Positions 32,367 to 43,974 of a DNA stretch of 64,000 nucleotides are shown one piece after another. Origin of the DNA: an uncultured Planctomycetaceae bacterium (GTDB taxonomy: Bacteria > Planctomycetota > Planctomycetia > Pirellulales > PALSA-1355); contig CAWAUV010000007.1 of the NCBI GenBank assembly GCA_963785305.1, forward strand, positions 832,001-896,000, in the 5' to 3' direction. How positions within the stretch are numbered: position 1 is the stretch's first letter; each line of letters starts with the position of its first letter. The notes under the pieces were generated by a model, which was given only the letters and a program-made list of their open reading frames with translations, made no database searches and had not been told where the DNA came from. The translations under genes and the position numbers were made by a program.

Positions 32367-33513
32367 TCAGCGTTTCTTGAGCGTCAGCAGGTATTCCACG
32401 ACATCGGTCAGATCCTGCGCACTCATCAGCTTCTGCAAATCGGCGGGCATGATCGAGGTGGGAAGCTTCTTGAATTCCTCGACCTCCGACATCTTCAAGG
32501 CATGCACGATGCCGTTGATATCCTTGAGCGAGACGTCGTCGTCGGTCTTGCTCATGAGCAGGCCCGAGATCACTTTGCCATCGTCGGTCACGGCCACATA
32601 GGTTTCGTAGTTGTGGCTGATGCCGGCGCTGGGGTCGAGTATCGCCACCAGGAGCGCTTCCTTGCCGAGTTTGGTTCCGATCTCGCTCAGGTTCGGGCCG
32701 ATATCCTTGCCTTGACCATCGACAATGTGGCACTTGGCGCAGGTGGCCGTGGTCTGGAAAAGCTCCTTGCCGTGGGGCACGGCGCCTTTCATTTCGAGCA
32801 GCTTGGCCAGGGGTGGTAGCGGAGTGGCGCCGGCCGAAGCGGGGAGTTGCAAATACTCGCCGGCCGCGGCGCGAATATCGCCTTGCGCCGAGGCCATGAG
32901 CACATTGGCCACGGTGAAGTTCAAGTCGGCCGGCAACTTTTTGTCCTTGGCCAGACCGAGCAAATATTTTTCGCCCGACGCCGATTTGCCCACGGCCACG
33001 GCCGCGGCGCTGCGCACCGCGAGCGGGCGAGAAGCGTCGGTGACCGTGGGCTCGAGCAAATGGCTGACCTCGTTGCCACCGCCATTGCCGAGCGCCGCGA
33101 TCAAGGCCGCGGCGCACGGCGCATCGTCGCCGCCGATCGTTTGCGCGATTCGCTCGCGGTCGAGTTTCATCAGCAACTCGGCCGCCTTGACGCCGGCGGT
33201 TTCGTTCGGCTGGGCGACCGCCAAGTCGAGCAGCGGGCCCGCGGCGTCCTTGATGCCGAATCGTTCGATCAATTGAAAGAACTGCTCGCTGCCCGGATTG
33301 GCCCGCAGATAGCGGAGCACCGCCGCCTTGGTCTTGGGCTTCGCGTCGAGATCGACGCTGCTCAGCCGCAGAAGCGATTCGACGATGAGCGCATCGCGCC
33401 GGGTCATCGTCGGCCCGCAGCACGCCGCCGCCGAGCATTCCACCACATACGAGCGCGCAGAGCCCCGCCATCCATGGGCGACGCCCGACGCGCGAATTTC
33501 GATCGCGTTGCAT
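32367..33513 (-). CDS. PVC-type c-type cytochrome (heme-binding domain) protein, frameshift ~33410
   Basis: GKELF..CAKCH, IGPNLSEIG, ILDPSA, SIMPADL. Confidence 0.85.
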
Positions 33514-33631
33514 CGTGCCAGACTTCAAGAATGTGAACCCTCGCGGAGAATGTTTTGTCGTTGCCGATCGTGATCGGCGATGGTTATTTCAGTGGTTATT
33601 TCAGCGGTTATTTCAACAGCCATTCCCGTCC

Positions 33632-36600
33632 TTATTCCAAAATCAACAAAGCCTCGAGCGCTTTGTCTTTCTCCGGTCCGCTGGGCAGGAAATCGAAGGC
33701 CCGCATATACGCGCGGCTGATCTTGCTTCGGCGTCGCCGGGTCCTTGATGATCTTGACCAAGAGGGCCGGTGTCTTGGCCGCGCGGCTGCGCCAAATGAT
33801 ATCGCGACCGCCGGGAGCGCCGAGCGGATCGGGCGACAAGGCCAAGTAGGCGTCGAGGCAAGCATCCCAGTTCTTATCGGCCCCGATGCCGAGCGCCTCG
33901 AGATACCAGCGATCTTGCCCGTCGTGCTTGGCCGCCAATTCGGCCCAAAGCCTGGCGGCCTCGGGCGACTGGCAGTGCCGCAGGGCGATCGCGCATTCGC
34001 GCCGCACCGCCGGGTCGGGATCATTCACCAGCGGGCGAACGATCTCGATCGGGTCGAGCTTCAACTCCCGGGCCAGACGAATGCCGGTGACGCGGATATC
34101 CGGATCGCCGTCGCGCGTGGCGGCTTCGACCGCCGACTTGCCGGCCCCCTCGATCTGGCCCCAGAGCCACAAAGCGCGGGCCCGCACGCGCGGATTCGAC
34201 TTATCGTCGTAGAGCTTGGCCAGGGCGCCGGTGGCTTGCTTGCCCATGTTTTTCAGCGCGGTAAACGCCAGATAGCGCACCGAGAAGTTCGGGCTCTTGA
34301 GCGCTTCGGCGGCGCCATCGGCCGTGGAATAGTCGTACTTGGGAACGGTGTACTTCACGCCCGGCGGCGCCACGCGGAAGATGCGGCCCTTGTCGACTTC
34401 TTGTTGATTGTGTCCGCCGACGCCCGGGTCGTACCAGTCGGCCACGAACAGCGAGCCATCGGGGGCCACCGAAACATCGCTCGGGCGGAACCAATTGTCT
34501 CGCGCACCTTGGAGCACATTGGCCACGGTGGCCGTGTAGCCGGCGCCGGATTTCGTCGCCGGATAAGCGCGGCACACACTCGGGCCGGCGTCGCAGTGAA
34601 TGATCTGATTGCGAAACACCGCCGGCAGCAGCGTGCCTTCGTAGATCGTGATGCCGGTCGGCGAGCCGCCGCCGGTTTGGAGCAGGTTCGGCACCACGCC
34701 CGGATCGTTCAGGTGCCAGTGGCGCTTGGGAATTTCCTCTTCCCAGTTGGTCCGTTTCTGGTTCCAACCGGCGCCGGTGAGCTCGTCTTTGTAACCGTAG
34801 TTGCCGAATTCCATCACATAGTTGATGCGCACGCCTTTGTTGCCATCGTCGTCGTTGTCGGACTGCCAGACGGTTCCGAACGAATCGACGCTGAGCTCCC
34901 AATTGTTGCGGAAGTTCCAGGCCAGGGTTTCGACCCCGCTGCCGTCGAGATTCGAGCGAAACGCCATGCCTTCTTGATAGGGCTTGCGATGGCTGTTGAT
35001 TTCGTTGCCCGCGGCGTCGACAAGCGGCTTGCCATCGCGGTCGCGGATTTGGCCTCCCGCGTTGCCGAAGTTGAAATACAGCTTGCCGTCGGGGCCAAAC
35101 ACGCAGGCATGGATGCCGTGGTCGTGTTGGGTGCCCGAGATGCCGCTGAAGAGTGTTTCCTTGTGGCTGAGCTTGAGGCTGGCCGGGTCGTAGTGGAAGA
35201 CTTGAATCTTATCACCGGCCGAGACGAACACGCGATCGCCCAGCACGCAGATGCCATGCACCGAGTCGATATCGGTTCCTTGATAAAACACGGTTTGCTT
35301 GTCGCACACGCCATCGCCGTCGGTGTCTTCGAGCACGAGAATTCGGTCGCCCTCGGGACGGCTGCCTTTCCACTTGCGATAGTTCTTCACCTCGCCGGCC
35401 CAGACCCGGCCTTGGGCATCGATGTCGATCGTGGTGATGTTCGAGATTTGCGGCTCGCTCGAGAAGAGCGTGGCTTCGAGGCCCTCGGCCACGTCGAGAT
35501 TGGCCACGGCGTTGGCGGCTTCGTGCTTCGGCGACTGGCCGGCCACTCCGTTGTTGATGCTCGCCAGGAAATGACTGCCCGGCGATTGGGTAAAGACGCA
35601 GAAGGTCACGGTGCTGCCGCAGCCTTGGCGCAGGCCGCCATCGTCGAGCGCGCCGCGAGCCTTGAAGCGGTCGTAGCCTTCGGGCAGTTCATAGGCGACG
35701 AGGCTATTGGCATGGACGCCCAGGCACGAGGCGACCGACTTGCCATCGATTTTCGCTTCTTGACCATCGCAGCGTTTGTCGACGCTGACCTTGCCGTGGC
35801 CGCTTTCGGCCGTTTTCCAGCGGAGCTCGGTCAATTTCTTTTCCCCCGCCGGGCCCACGAGACGCGGCTCGCACCAATCGGCCCAGTCGCAGCTGATGCC
35901 ATCGCCGGCGTCGGTCACGACCAGATACAGCTCCTTGGCGCCATGGATATCGACATCCACGTCGACCACCTTGCCGGGTGTCTCCGAGGAGACGACCTTG
36001 CTGGTCCAGGCCGGTTTCACATGCTTGGCCTGCTCTTTGGCGTCTTTCGATTTGTCGCCTTTTTTCGTCGCGTCGGTCGATTTGCCATCGGTCGCTTTCG
36101 TGTCGTCCTTGGTGTTGCTCTTGTCGGCTTCGTCGGCCGGGAGACCGATCTTCTTGCGAATGCCGGCGCGGTCGAGGTTGGCCGGAACCGGCTCGTCTTG
36201 ATTCACGACCAACTCGTTGAGCGTGATCGGTTTATCGCTCACGCCCTGGGCAGGCACTTCGATCTTGGCGGTCCAGAGGATCGCGTTGAGCACCAGCTTG
36301 CGGAAGTTCGGGTCGCCCCAGTTCCAGTGATCGTGGCCGCCGGTGAAGCCGAAGCCGCGTCCGCCGCCGACATTTTCCGAAGCCCAGGCCACGACCTGCG
36401 GCTCCTTGTTTTCGAGCACCGCGCGGCGCACATCGGGATTGCCGCTATGGGGGCCATCGGGCCGGGCGAGCGTCGAGGCCGGAGGCAGGCAGCTCAAGAT
36501 CGGCGTCACGCCCCGCATGTCCGGCCGAAATCGCATGTGGTAGTACCACTCGTCGTTGATCTCAAACGGCTTGACGCCCCGGGTGATCGGATGATTCGGA

Positions 36601-37091
36601 AACGAATCGAACTTGGCCGTCCAGTGCGGATTCACCGAGTGGTGCATCTCGAAGTAACCGCCGATCCAGTCGAGGAATTCTTGCCCGCCATTTTCCTTGG
36701 GCACTTCCACCGCATAGTGCAGACACACCACGCCGGTTCCCTTCTTGGCCAGCGCGTCGACCTCTTGCTTGTGGGCCAGCACCATGTGCCCGCCGCCGCC
36801 ATCGCAGTACATCACGATCGCGTCGGCGCCTTCGAGCGCTCTTTCGTCTTTGGGCCAGCCGTTGTGAACGACATCGATCGACAGCTCGGGCAGGGCGGTT
36901 TTGAGAATGTGGGCCAAGAGGTCGCAGCCAGCGTTGTGCTCATGGGCGCCGTAGCCGTGGCTGGGATGGCCGGCGATGAACACGATCTTTTTCTGGACGT
37001 CGTTTTTTGCCTCGGCCGCGGCGTGGATTGCGAGCGAGCCGCACAACGAGACGGCCGCCAGAACAACGAGGGCAAAGCGAGAACATCGCAT
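33632..37091 (-). CDS. PVC-type membrane-bound dehydrogenase-like protein: ThuA-like + NPCBM + propeller + HEAT repeats (frameshift ~33715)
   Basis: SHGYGAHEH/FTGGH ThuA-like region; DWADW and LGVHANS NPCBM motifs; EDTDGDG, NFRNNWE, SDNDDDGN, VADWYD; DRWYLEALGI. Confidence 0.88.
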
Positions 37092-37277
37092 CCGCGAAAT
37101 CTCCAAAGTGGGGTGGGCGCGAGGCGGGGAAAGCCAAAGCGTCGGGGGCGAGGGGCGGGCCATGTTTCAGGGGCCGCCAACCGAGGGAGCCGATTGCGTT
37201 GAGCCTAGTCGCCCCAAAACCGCTTGTCAAACTTTTCCGGGGTGGCGGGCGCACTCGAGTCCAGCGCCGTTTTTTCT

Positions 37278-38499
37278 TCAGTGCCCCGCGTTTCCTTCCT
37301 CCGGCAGAAAGCCATCGTGGGCGAGGGCTTCGCGCAAAACGCGCGCGTGCTCCCAATCGGCGGTTTCCACGGTGCAGAGCACATGGACTTCCGTCACGTC
37401 GGGACCGGAAAAAGCGCGGTCGTGCAGAATCTCCTTCACGCTCGCCCCGCACTCCGCGATCCGCTGGGCCAGTCGGGCGAGCCCGCCGGGACGATCGCTA
37501 ATCGTGGCCGTAAAGCGGCACAGTCGGCCATCGGCCACCAGGCCCTTTTCGATCACCCGCGTGAGCACCATTGGGTCGATGTTACCCCCGCTCAGGACGA
37601 GCGCCACGCGGCGGCCCCGCAGTTCGGGCAGCGCCCCGCTCATGCAGGCGGCGAGCGGCGCCGCGCCCGCGCCTTCGACCACGCTTTTCTCGAGCTCCAC
37701 CAGCCGCAGCACCGCCAGCGACAACATCTCTTCGCTCACCGTGACCACGCGATCGATATATTGACGGGCGAGCGAAAACGCGAGATCGCCCACTTGGCCC
37801 ACGGCGAGCCCATCGGCCAGGGTGGGCCGCATGTCGAACGCCATCGGCCGACCGGCCGCGAGCGATGCCGTGAAACTGGCGGCATGCGCCGGCTCGACGC
37901 CGATCACCAGCGTTTCTGGCCGCAGCGATTTCACGGCCAAGCCCACTCCGGCCGCCAGTCCGCCGCCGCCGATCGGCAACACCAGGGCGTCGAGATTTGG
38001 AACCTGCTCGAGGATTTCGAGGCCCAGCGTGCCTTGGCCGGCGATGATCGCGGGGTCGTCGAAACCGTGGATATAAGCGAGTCCGTCGCGCTCGGCGAGG
38101 AGCATCGCCCGGCGCCGAGCTTCGGCAAACGTGTCGCCCTCGAGTAGCACGTGCGCCGAGCCGGCGGCAGGTGGTCACTTTGATGAGCGGGGCGAAGCGC
38201 GGCATCACCACCGTGACCGCGATGCCAAGCAGCGATCCATGATACGCCAGCCCCAGCGCATGATTGCCGGCCGAGGCGGCCACCACTCCCGCGGCCCGCC
38301 GAGCCGGATCGAGCAGCAACAGCGCATTGCGGGCGCCGCGCTCCTTGAAGCTGCCGGTGCGCTGGAGATAGTCGAGCTTGCAATAGACCTCGGCGCCCAA
38401 GAGCTCGCCGAGCGGAATCGATCGCGGGCAAGGCGTGTTGTAAATGCCGTCGGTGATGCGCTGGCGGGCCGCGCGGAGGTCGTCGAGCGTGAGCGTCAT
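37278..38499 (-). CDS. ilvA: Threonine ammonia-lyase with C-terminal ACT domain (frameshift ~38150)
   Basis: LQRTGSFKERGA, ASAGNHA, GQGTLGLE, PIGGGGL, VLSGGNID, SDRPGGL. Confidence 0.92.
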
Positions 38500-38568
38500 G
38501 ATCTCCCGGCCGGGGCTGCGAGCCAATCCCTTAACGGCGCATCGGTCGGCTCGCGGCGCGTCCGTTCG

Positions 38569-39870
38569 CTAGCGGCACATTTGGGAGCGATAGTGCTCTT
38601 GAATGGCGCCGAGATTGACTCGATTGAAAAAGTTGGAATAGGCCATCCACATCGCGAGGCCATTGAGGTCGCGATACTGGGGGGCCAGGTACTTGGGCTT
38701 GTCGATCACGCCTTCGCGCCATTTGTCGTGCAGCACCACCACGTCGTCGAGCGTGACTTTGCCGCAGAACAAAAACGGAATCAGGTCGGGCCGGCCGAAG
38801 CGGATCGCGGTGCGCAAGAAGTTGTAGCACATGACGAACCCCTTGCAGTAGGTGATGTCCTTCGTGAAGGGGCCGCCGCCGGTGGGCAAGCTGCCGCGAA
38901 ACACGCGCGTCGCGGCGGTGAGGCATTCTTTTTCGGGATAGCCCTCGGTGCGATAGAACTCGATGATGTCGAGGAAATTGGCCCCGTCTTCCACTTTGTC
39001 GCAGGCGAGAATTCGGTTGTTGAGCTTCTTGGAGCGGAGCGGATTGGCGGTGAAGGTGATCACCTCCATGAGCACCGCGAGCCCTTCTTGAATGGCGGTG
39101 GTGCAGGGAGGCCCCTTGGCCAGCCAGTTGGCCACGCGCTGCTTGCCCCCGTTGATGCTGGTGCCGACATGGACCCAGCCTTCGTGGACCTCGAGCAGAT
39201 CGACCTCTTTTTCCGAGAACAACACGCCGCGGCGAATCTTCACATAGTCGGCCCCGGCGGCGGCGTCGGAAATAATTCCGTCGTCGAGCTTGGCCTCGAC
39301 CACATCGTCGTGAAAGAAGCTGGCGAAGCGGGCATTGAGCTTCTCGACCACCTGCTCGGCGGTGAGAACCTTGGGATAGTAGGCGCCCAGCCCGTCTTCG
39401 GGAATATGGGTCAGAATGTCATAGAGCAAGAGGCCGAGATCGCGCAGCGTGGTGGTGTCGCCGTCGAATTGGTCCTTGGGGCTGCCGTAGAGCTTTTTGG
39501 AGTATTCGTAAAAAGCCGGCGTGCCGCGGCCCTCGAGCATTCGCACGCTATCCTGGTATTCGTTGCAATTGCGAACGAGAATGTTGATCAGTGGATCGTC
39601 GAGGCCCACGAGCCTCGCCGCGTCGCGCTTGATCGATTCGAACTCCTCGATCTTCGTGGCGGGGTCATAGGGCAGCGGGTTCTTTTCGCGATACCAATCG
39701 GCCGTGATGTTGGGCAAGCGGCGGAACTTGCTTTGAATCAGCTCTTGCTCGGTTTGGTCGTCCCATTTGATGCCGTCGCGAATGCGGATCGGCTTTTGGG
39801 CATTGACGAGCCGCACCGAAAGGGAATGCACGCGTTCCTTGTACGATGTCCAGGCGCCGGATTCCTTCAT
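38569..39870 (-). CDS. QEGLA-motif (DUF1704-like) putative metallopeptidase
   Basis: VHEGWVH, IQEGLA, FTKDITY. Confidence 0.88.
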   Translation of the reverse strand: MKESGAWTSYKERVHSLSVRLVNAQKPIRIRDGIKWDDQTEQELIQSKFRRLPNITADWYREKNPLPYDPATKIEEFESIKRDAARLVGLDDPLINILVRNCNEYQDSVRMLEGRGTPAFYEYSKKLYGSPKDQFDGDTTTLRDLGLLLYDILTHIPEDGLGAYYPKVLTAEQVVEKLNARFASFFHDDVVEAKLDDGIISDAAAGADYVKIRRGVLFSEKEVDLLEVHEGWVHVGTSINGGKQRVANWLAKGPPCTTAIQEGLAVLMEVITFTANPLRSKKLNNRILACDKVEDGANFLDIIEFYRTEGYPEKECLTAATRVFRGSLPTGGGPFTKDITYCKGFVMCYNFLRTAIRFGRPDLIPFLFCGKVTLDDVVVLHDKWREGVIDKPKYLAPQYRDLNGLAMWMAYSNFFNRVNLGAIQEHYRSQMCR

Positions 39871-40134
39871 GGGTCGTGACCTCTTTCTCGGTGGTGACCC
39901 GCCTATTGATAAAGCTGCTCGCGCCGAAGGCGCGTAGTGTGCGCCCGAAACGCCAAAAAAACCTGCCTGGAGCCCGCTAATATTGATTCTTGCAAATGTC
40001 GCGAGGAAAAGCTACGGGCGGCCTTCTCGTGAGACATTGGGATGCTCCGAGAGCCAATAAGGAGCATCCGGCGGGCAGCGTCAGCCCTGGAGTAAACACG
40101 CTTCAAAGCGAGTAAGTCGCGACCTCGCGCCAAT

Positions 40135-40764
40135 TCAGGCCGATTTCGGTGGATTTGACGCCAAATGCTGAAGGATGAGAATGCCCAGCGGTCCGTCATC
40201 GCCACGCATTGCCGCAGCCATGATATCGCCGTACGGTTGGGACGGGCGCGGATGAATTCTGGCCTGCGCGGGAATTCCGAACCGTGAAAGAGTCCATAGT
40301 CAAATGAGCCGCGATAGCCGGCCGTTACCATTGCGAAACGGATGGACGCGTATGAACGTGCCAATCAGGACGGCTGCAATGCCCGCAACATGGTGCGCCC
40401 GCTGTTCGGGCGTCAGGACTTCCCATCGGAGCTCGGTCTGGGCAAGCGATTTTCGTAGTTGATCATTCAACGTCGCCATTGCCGCCAATACGCGGTGAAA
40501 GGAAATGGCGGGAATCCCTCCCACATGCACGTCGATCCCCAGGCAAACCATCTCGTTGTGGCGCTGGCGGAAATTCCCCGCGTAATAGTCAAGAGGGACG
40601 ATGCTGGAAAAGATCGTTCGATGCCAGTCTTCGATATCGGATGATTCCAGCATGCGCCGCGACGATGACTGATGGACCCGAGCGTACGCGGACCGAAGCT
40701 GCCAAAAAACGGCGTCTTTTCCGAGTGGAATCTCATCTGTCCATTCAGGACATCGGGCGTTCAT
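40135..40764 (-). pseudogene. Fic-domain protein with internal TGA at 40300-40302
   Basis: Canonical HPFRNGNGRLSR motif; the frame continues past the stop (LWTLSRFGIP..YGDIMAAAMRGD..) to 40135. Confidence 0.8.
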
Positions 40765-40801
40765 CAAAAGCCTGGCGATCGGATTCTAGGAGTTCGTCTA
40801 G

Positions 40802-42716
40802 TCCTTAAACAAGCGTACGCGGTTGCGTTTTGCGGCGGTTTCGCGTGGCCGGCGGTGCGCGCGGCGTGAGCGGGCGGCGCCGGCGGGCGCGCTACTCTCG
40901 GCGGCGGGTTTTTGTTTGGCATTGGCGGTTGGCTTTCCTGGTTCGGCGTGGCGGCGGACCGGAGCGTCCGGACTCCGGCTTCAATTGATCGGCGTCAACA
41001 TCGCAGGCCGTCCAGCCAGCGAAACAACACGACTTGCCAGCGATTCCAACCCAACAAACGATAGATCAATCTTCGCCCGCCACGCACGATTTGACATGGC
41101 ATCCGAATGAAAGCGTTGCGGAATGTCTTGAACTCCATCTTGAGCACCGTCTTCTTTTCCTCGCGCCGCGCTTCTTGTTCGCGGCCCGGCGGCTCGGGCA
41201 AGAGCAAGGCCCACCACGCCTTCAGGTTCCAGGCCAGCGAGACCATCACCATGTAGGCCCAGTTGCTCACCAAGTTGTCGACCGGCGCGTGCAAGGCGCG
41301 CACCGCGCCTTTAAGCTGCGCGTTCAGGTTCTCTTGATCGCAGCGGTCGTTCGCCTCGAACACCACTTCGGCCGGCGTGAGCTCGCGATCGTTCGTCAAG
41401 TAGAAGAAGTAGCGATAGCTGGAAAACAGCGTCCGCTGACCTTGGTGCTCGTCGATCCACTTGCGCACCACCACCAGGCGATACACCTTCTTGCACGCCG
41501 TGGGTCGATAATCAAACTCGGCGACCTCTTCGCCCACCAGCCGCAGGTTCTTGAATTCCCGCTCGCGCACGATGCCTTCCTTAACATTGGTCGGCCGTGC
41601 GCGGTGCTTCGTCTTCACGGCATAACGCGGTGCGCGCTCGAGCGGTTGCCAGGCCTTGTCCTTCAAGTCGTCGGCCAAAAGCTGCAATTTCAGCTTGGCG
41701 TCCATGCCGAACACGAATCGCACGCGCGGGTCGTCCGTCCAGCGGTCCAGATGCGTCGTCTGCGAGAAGTCGGTGTCGCCGCGGAGCAACACCTTGCGAA
41801 AGCCGCCGGCGAAGCAGACTTCCAGCGCGCGATCGACTTCGGCCGCCGCCCCTTCGTGGCTGGGCCGGTTGCCCGAGCGGTTGACGATCGAGAACACTTC
41901 GCCCGTGTTGGCCAGCGACACGACCAGCGGATGATAGCCCCATTCGCCCTTGTGGGAGATGTCCATGCCCTCCTTGCACTGGCCGCCGGTGGGCGCGAAC
42001 ACGCCGTCCATGTCGATGCGGGCTTGGGCGAAGAACTCGGCGGGCTGGCGAGCCCAAGCTTTATGTCGTGTTTCGTGGAAAGCTTCTTGCAGCGCGCGCA
42101 CGTCGCTCGGCTTGAAACGTCGGCAGAAGTCGCCCGCCGTGGTCGGATCGGGCACGCGCCGGGCGCCGAGCGCGTCGAGATAGACTTCGTCGTTGCGGCG
42201 CAGTTCGAGGTCTTCCAAGCAATCGCCGTCGCACAAGGCGTTGAACGCTAGGTTGAGCACATGATCGCTCTCATGATATGGCAGATGCACCTTGAGCAGA
42301 TGCAATCGCCGATCGATCGCTTCGGCCAGCCCCAGTTCTTGGACCAGCAACCGCATCGCGCCCAAGCCGCCATAAGCCATGCCTTGCGCGCGCTCCGCAA
42401 GCTCATACTTGATATTGCCGGGCCGCATGATCGGGCGCTCGCAACCCTCGCAGTTGTGCTTGTCGATGCGCCGCTCGACCCGCCGCTTGCATGCGGCGAG
42501 ACGTCGGCGTATCTTGGCCCGTGTTCTTCGGCCCTTGGCCTGCGCCCTCTGACGCTTGGCCCGCGCTCTTTGGTTCTTGGCTTTCACTCGAAATCCCTCG
42601 GTGGCCGTGGTGTTCGTGACTGGCAAAAAACACAGAATACCGCAAATCCGCCGAGGGATTTCGCTTTTTTCCAAAAATCTCCCCGCCCACGCCTCAAAGG
42701 GATACTGGTTTAAGGC
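40802..42716 (-). mobile_element. IS1380-family element, copy 1
   Basis: IR CCTTAAAC..GTTTAAGG, CTAG duplicated at 40798-40801 and 42717-42720; near-identical to 49884-51797. Confidence 0.95.
40995..42674 (-). CDS. IS1380-family DDE transposase
   Basis: PDPTT, IDMDG, GYHPL, RSGN, LLRGDTDF, RCDQENL..QLK. Confidence 0.92.
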   Translation of the reverse strand: MEKSEIPRRICGILCFLPVTNTTATEGFRVKAKNQRARAKRQRAQAKGRRTRAKIRRRLAACKRRVERRIDKHNCEGCERPIMRPGNIKYELAERAQGMAYGGLGAMRLLVQELGLAEAIDRRLHLLKVHLPYHESDHVLNLAFNALCDGDCLEDLELRRNDEVYLDALGARRVPDPTTAGDFCRRFKPSDVRALQEAFHETRHKAWARQPAEFFAQARIDMDGVFAPTGGQCKEGMDISHKGEWGYHPLVVSLANTGEVFSIVNRSGNRPSHEGAAAEVDRALEVCFAGGFRKVLLRGDTDFSQTTHLDRWTDDPRVRFVFGMDAKLKLQLLADDLKDKAWQPLERAPRYAVKTKHRARPTNVKEGIVREREFKNLRLVGEEVAEFDYRPTACKKVYRLVVVRKWIDEHQGQRTLFSSYRYFFYLTNDRELTPAEVVFEANDRCDQENLNAQLKGAVRALHAPVDNLVSNWAYMVMVSLAWNLKAWWALLLPEPPGREQEARREEKKTVLKMEFKTFRNAFIRMPCQIVRGGRRLIYRLLGWNRWQVVLFRWLDGLRC

Positions 42717-43034
42717 CTAGTTCGAGATCGCTAAGGAAATCGCTTGAACATCGCATGGAATTGCTTTGGAAATGCCGAGCCGCATCGGCCACAAGCGAAT
42801 TCAAGTCGACTCCCAAAGAAAACGCGGCGTCGGCAAGCTGGCGATCGAACGAGTTCAGATTCAAAGCGGCGCCGCCGCTGTTATCGTTGGATGAGCAGTA
42901 ATACAGAAAAAGTTTCGTGGCTTCTGACTGACGACGCGCGAGTTCGGAACCATCGGGACCGAAGGAATTATTGCTTCCTGGAATCGGTTCAAACCGCCGA
43001 GCGACCGCAGGTGGTTGATCGAATGGAATGAGAG

Positions 43035-43755
43035 TCATGTGAACAGACTCCTTGCCAGATCCGTAATGCAGGATTCGAAAACTTCGTTCTTGCGCATGCA
43101 GGCCGTCAAAAAGCGTCCAAATCGCGTCGTCGTCTTGAGGAACATCCGTCGGGCGAAAAAGGTCGATGTCCAGGAGCAGTGAGATTTCGTCGTTCTGGTG
43201 AGAGGAGGCTTGATTGATGACGAGCAGGCTTCCTAAATCAAGCTGGGGAATTTGAAGCTGCATGAAGTACTGCCGCACGGCGCTAAAGGAACTGGCCGGA
43301 ACTTCTGGATATGCTCGGAGGTAATCCTTTAGCTCCGCGCCGCGAGATGGAATCGAGATGTTGTTAATGAACCTTACCGCTAATCGAGTTACCGCGGACG
43401 GCTTCATCTCTCCGCGGAACGCGGCCCAAGCCTCTTTTGCGTTGGTGCAAAACGGGAGCCATGAATCATATGGCCGCAAGCGGCTCAGGGTGATGCCGGC
43501 AAGCGTAACGCGTAAAATATCTTTTTCGTCCTTCGACTTGTGGACATACCCGTGAAGCGAAGATGTCGACGATGCGCCGCGCTCGGGTCCGAACACAATC
43601 TGTGAACTCAGGAGCGTGACGTCCTCTCGTGAAGCATAACGGCCGTCCTCTCCAACTTTAACGGCTAGCAGATCCGAAGCAATCGCGCCGGGTGCTTATG
43701 TCGCCTGTATATCGATTATTGCCTCGACAATCGGTGCGTTTGGGTAATGCGGCAT
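43035..43755 (-). pseudogene. TIGR04255-like protein, in-frame TAA at 43696-43698 and frameshift ~43090
   Basis: MPHYPNAPIVEAIIDI, LRPYDSW, RLAVRFINNI, LLDIDL, KNEVFESCIT. Confidence 0.75.
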
Positions 43756-43974
43756 CGGCGTGACTTTACCGGCACGAATCTCGTTTTGCAATTGTCGCTT
43801 GGAGCCCACCGCCTTTCCATTTTAGCACGCTGATAAGGCTTTTGCATGCCCTTGGAGCCCGAAGCGCCGGGCCAGCGGTTTCGGGTTTTAAAACCGGTTT
43901 TCCGTATCTGAACCAACGAGCACGGCCGTTCCTTCCCGCGCAGAAATTTTGACTTGCGTGTTATTGGCGATCTA

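Larger units (their letters stand above)
40745..43038 (-). pseudogene. Small hypothetical gene interrupted by IS1380
   Basis: MTLIPFDQ..SDLEL continues as DELLESDRQAFDERPMS* after removing the IS and one CTAG; overlaps neighbouring genes at both ends. Confidence 0.6.

Noticed and set aside
33555..37202. 1215-aa plus-strand ORF and similar long antisense ORFs (222-1184, 38131-39879, 43954-45840)
   Set aside because: These are shadow ORFs opposite well-supported genes, expected at high GC, and carry no motifs.
42694..43596. 300-aa ORF as one protein
   Set aside because: It is a chimera of the TIGR04255-like gene, the next gene and the IS end, produced by a frameshift at ~43090.
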